From assembly GCA_900617105.1 (NCBI GenBank), contig UYFQ01000319.1, forward strand, positions 1-37,132: a stretch of DNA of 37,132 bases, given 5' to 3'. Shown here piece by piece: positions 33,440 through 37,132 of this stretch; position 1 is the first letter of the stretch; each line of letters starts with the position of its first letter. The notes under the pieces were generated by a model that saw only the letters and a program-made list of their open reading frames with translations, did not search any database and had not been told where the DNA came from. This DNA is from Hydrurus foetidus (lineage: Eukaryota). A program made the translations under genes and the position numbers.

Positions 33440-35130
33440 CAGCAGCTGAACCAAGGATGGTACACATCTTGGTGGCATTCACATGGCTTTCAGAGAGCCC
33501 AACCATCTCGAGATCCGTGAAAATCCGAGAAGATGTTCGTACAGCAGACAAACGGCTTATGCGAATGCTCTACAAAATTGGAAACAGGTTCTTGAACGCC
33601 GACGTGTTGATTCCAGACAGGGAGGGTTCCGAAAATTTCAGTTATATGAACTTCAACCCTCTCTCCGACAAATTCTATCATTCCGACGACTATGGGTTCT
33701 ACCAATCAAACATGAGAAACGTGGAGAAGTACTTTGTGGCTATCAGATACATCATGGAGCATCCTGACATTCCATGGCGACTTCTACGTATTCTCTCTTT
33801 GGCTATTATCTACGACTTCATGTCATTCTGCGCTCAACTACTTCGTGATGCAGTGCAAATGCAAGCTGACGAATCCCAGACAAGAGCAAATGTGTTATTC
33901 ACATTGAATACATATCGATCCAACGCACAGTTCTTGGATCAGATAGTCTTCCACGATGCTTTCTCTGCAATCATCAACAACATCAAACCAATGCCTCCAG
34001 TACCACAGTCTTATGCTTTGCAGACAAGCCCCATCACGACATCATATTCACGTATGAGTGCCATCAACAGAGAGGACCTGCTTAGTGAGACGACTGACCA
34101 CACTGAAGAAAATGATGATGATAATGATGATGATGACGACGAATATGGTGACGATGAATCAGAAGGTGATGACATAGACATGACTCCACCGGGGTCATCA
34201 TCTGATCATCACAGGAGATGCCAAGAAGACCTGACCCGATACAATCACCCATACGTGATGGGTCATAAACGCAGTCTGTGGGCGTCAATCCAGACTGATA
34301 CCAAGCGTCCAGCACGCAGGAAGATCATCAAAACATCAGATGACAATGAGTTCAAGGAGACACCGGGAACATCCAGCTCAATGCATGCTCCGCCAATGCT
34401 TCAAGACCCTCCTCTTGTTACTGATGATATTGTTCCAGCACTCAAGACTGCTGGTGTACCTCGTATGATTGTATCAGTCCCATATACGATCAAAGAGGAA
34501 GAGCAGCAATCATTGCAGCTGGAGCATCCTCCCATGTCACTCGACTCTCAGCAATCTACTCAAGATATTTTGCATCCTCCAATGGCAGATCTGGCAACAC
34601 CTGAGCCATATCGAATGCGCACTCCGCCAGCCAAATCACCATCAAGAGATTCAGTGTCTGCCACACGTCGTGCAAAAGCAAGAGCACTGGCTGAGAAAAA
34701 GAGTCTCAACTTACTTACAGTTACAGACAAAGACAGCAAATTCATGTCATTCAAGAAGACAAGTCACAAGACAGTCATTGACAGTGGTGCATCTACATCT
34801 GGTACTGGATTGCGCAGCAGTCTCCGTGACCTTAGACCTACATCATGCAGTGTCTCAGCAGCTTTCGGGGAGACTGCCCAGCCTACTGAGATGGGACTAC
34901 TTCCACCATTCATGCTCAAGACTATTGTCATCGATCAAATGAATGATACTACACTGCTCTCAGTGTCTCAAGCGTGTGCAAAGGGATTTGTGGGCATCTT
35001 CACCTCTAAGGACTGCAAGTTCTTCAATGCGATAGATGTCATCCCACACCTTCAGACAATTTCAAAGACAGCTCACCCAGTTATGAGTGGCAAGGTAGAG
35101 GAAGGCCTCTACTTGCTGGACTCCAACTGA
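33328..35130 (+). CDS. A2 unknown domain X + acidic linker + aspartic protease (frame -1 relative to gag, open from 33286)
   Basis: 600 open codons; VIDSGAST; ends GLYLLDSN-TGA. Confidence 0.85.
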   Translation: MLNSVEKYNRFAGSSPSDYDGSPTDPLSGIVVSFQDLTAAEPRMVHILVAFTWLSESPTISRSVKIREDVRTADKRLMRMLYKIGNRFLNADVLIPDREGSENFSYMNFNPLSDKFYHSDDYGFYQSNMRNVEKYFVAIRYIMEHPDIPWRLLRILSLAIIYDFMSFCAQLLRDAVQMQADESQTRANVLFTLNTYRSNAQFLDQIVFHDAFSAIINNIKPMPPVPQSYALQTSPITTSYSRMSAINREDLLSETTDHTEENDDDNDDDDDEYGDDESEGDDIDMTPPGSSSDHHRRCQEDLTRYNHPYVMGHKRSLWASIQTDTKRPARRKIIKTSDDNEFKETPGTSSSMHAPPMLQDPPLVTDDIVPALKTAGVPRMIVSVPYTIKEEEQQSLQLEHPPMSLDSQQSTQDILHPPMADLATPEPYRMRTPPAKSPSRDSVSATRRAKARALAEKKSLNLLTVTDKDSKFMSFKKTSHKTVIDSGASTSGTGLRSSLRDLRPTSCSVSAAFGETAQPTEMGLLPPFMLKTIVIDQMNDTTLLSVSQACAKGFVGIFTSKDCKFFNAIDVIPHLQTISKTAHPVMSGKVEEGLYLLDSN

Positions 35131-37132
35131 GTGCAACCGGCTCAACTCTTGGTCACGAGTGTAAAGGAGCTTTCGATTTATGACCACGTGCATCGCGTAC
35201 TAGGACACCCTGGCGAAGAGGGTATGGCCTGGCACCGACAGCACACCATTGGAGCACACTACTCCAACTTGGATGCATCTACACCAAGACCAATATGCGC
35301 AGCATGCGTACAGGGCACGATGCGACAGACCTCTACGGACCATCTTCGTATACACCGTTTGCCATCTCCTTGCTACGGCAGTCAATTCTCACTTGACGCG
35401 TATACACATACACACCGGTCACAGGCCGGTTATAAGTACTGCGATATCATCACGGACTTATCTACAAGACGAAGTTATCCATGCTTCACGAAAGACCGGG
35501 GAGCTGCAGAACTTGTCAAAAGCTTCTCCACCCTCTTCCAATCACATCCTGAGTGGAAGCCCTCGCTTCCAGGCGTAGACCGATTCATCAGAGCCGATGC
35601 AGAGAAATCTTATCGGTCAGCTGAATTCCTTCAATGCCTTCACAACTTCGGATATCGACTTGAGCCAACACCACCTCGCGACAAACATGCAAATGGAATC
35701 GCAGAACGTGCAGTAGGCGTCTTATCGATGAAGTGCAACATCACCATGCAACCTTTAGGGATGTCAGTACCACAGAAGTTCTGGGATCTTGCCTTTGAGT
35801 ATACATGCATCACCCATGCATTCAATTACCATTCAGCAATCAAGACATCACCGTATCATCTCATCACTGGAAAGCATGTAATCCTCAAGAACCTCAAGGC
35901 CTTTTGGAGCTTATGTTGGGTTCACATCGCGCTTGAAGATAGGAAAGGAAAAATCGGTTTTCCTCGTGCATACAAAGCCAGATTCGTTGGTTACGATTTA
36001 TCGAGAACGCTCGAGCCTTGTTTTAAGGTCATCGAAATACTACCAACCGGAATCTTCGGCAAAATTAGGACAAGTAAGGACGTCATTTTCGACAAAGACA
36101 ATAATTATAATTACACGGACGAGTACCCATCCGATCTTGACTTTTCTAATTTACACCAGAATATCAATAACGATATCTCTGCAGTCCTACCAGCTAACAA
36201 GGTAGTTGAAAAAGATTCTGAACAACAACTAGCAACTCCAGCTATTCCAATACACCCTGTACCTGTAATACCTTGCATTATTCAGAATCGAACCCTGAAA
36301 ATCCTATTCCAGCGAAAATACATCCAAATGTGATTAACAATAACAAAATTGTTAATAAATCTGGATCGACTAATATCAAATCAACAAAACAGAATATACC
36401 GTTTGATCCAACACCAATTAGAGATACAAATAACAAATCCGACATCGATGATAATGACATTGGTATTAATACACCAATTCAAAACATTGAAAATGACGAT
36501 GCTGTCTACTGGTACTCTACTCATGTTAGAAATCACGAACATTTTCTCTCATTGATTGAAGCAAGTCATCACGAAAAACTCTTCATCAATTTCGATCAAC
36601 TCAATGTGCCAAAATCATTCTGGAAAGCTATGGCTATACCTGAATGGAAAAACGCAATAGATACTGAATTAAAGAAATTCGAGAAGAACTCATGTTTACA
36701 TGTAGTACCATACATTGACCAACACCTGGTACCAATGATGTGGCTTTTTAGTATAAAAACCGACGGTACGAAAAAGGCCCGTTTAGTGGGACGGGGAGAT
36801 ATGATGATACCACTCGTGGACTTCGACCCCGACGCCGTATACTGCGGAAATGTATCATCGTGTTCCATCAAGATGGCACTAAGCATTGCAGCAGCATATG
36901 GACTAGTAATGAAAGGAGGTGACCTCATTGGTGCTTACCTCATTACAAGAGCAAATGTTAACTTCCCGGTGCACATAAAGACACCGCAGGGATACACTTG
37001 CCCACCCGGTTTCTGCTTTCAGGCTGTCGGCAATCTTTATGGATTCCCACCTGCAGGGCAAAACTTTTCCATAGAGTTTGATATTTGTATCTTCGAGTGT
37101 GGTTACAAGAACACACCCTGGGACCTCAAGTA
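35131..37132 (+). pseudogene. pol: A2 pol (IN + partial RT) with 1-bp deletion at ~36293
   Basis: Near-identical to 1544-3547; cgaaccctg vs cgaactcctg. Confidence 0.92.

Larger units (their letters stand above)
30646..37132 (+). mobile_element. Copia family A, copy A2 (3' part beyond window)
   Basis: 5' LTR, PBS, gag, X-PR, IN, partial RT; near-identical to A1 where they overlap. Confidence 0.95.

Noticed and set aside
37125..37132. New junction at the window end (caagta vs caagtt)
   Set aside because: A single terminal base is insufficient evidence

Overview
Eukaryotic TE nest with no recognisable host genes, RNA genes or CRISPR; essentially the whole 37 kb is transposable-element sequence. 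Junction-based reconstruction: (A1) 3' part of a young, divergent Ty1/copia element (1-7715), whose 3' LTR carries a pogo/Fot1-like DD35D DNA transposon (5103-7161). A1 sits about 24 bp inside the 5' LTR of (B), a related degenerate copia (7716-15142), which abuts (C), a gypsy-type gag-protease fragment (15143-~17430). Next come (E), the 3' end and LTR of another copia (to 18285), and a PPT plus LTR stub interrupted by (F), a truncated copia of a different lineage (18425-20395). F is interrupted by (G), a minus-strand chromovirus, whose 3' LTR holds (D), a full-length defective chromovirus (20565-27651), and whose RNase H holds (H), a B-like copia 5' end (29652-30645). H is interrupted by (A2), a second copy of family A (30646 to window end). 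Most notable, the A/B copia lineage has an unusual architecture: a CCCH finger instead of the CCHC knuckle, a ~200-aa conserved domain I do not recognise between Gag and protease, an RT motif HSDD, and in both A copies an in-frame TGA between protease and integrase with mostly synonymous divergence on both sides, suggesting recoding. All calls were made by eye; no database searches were run.
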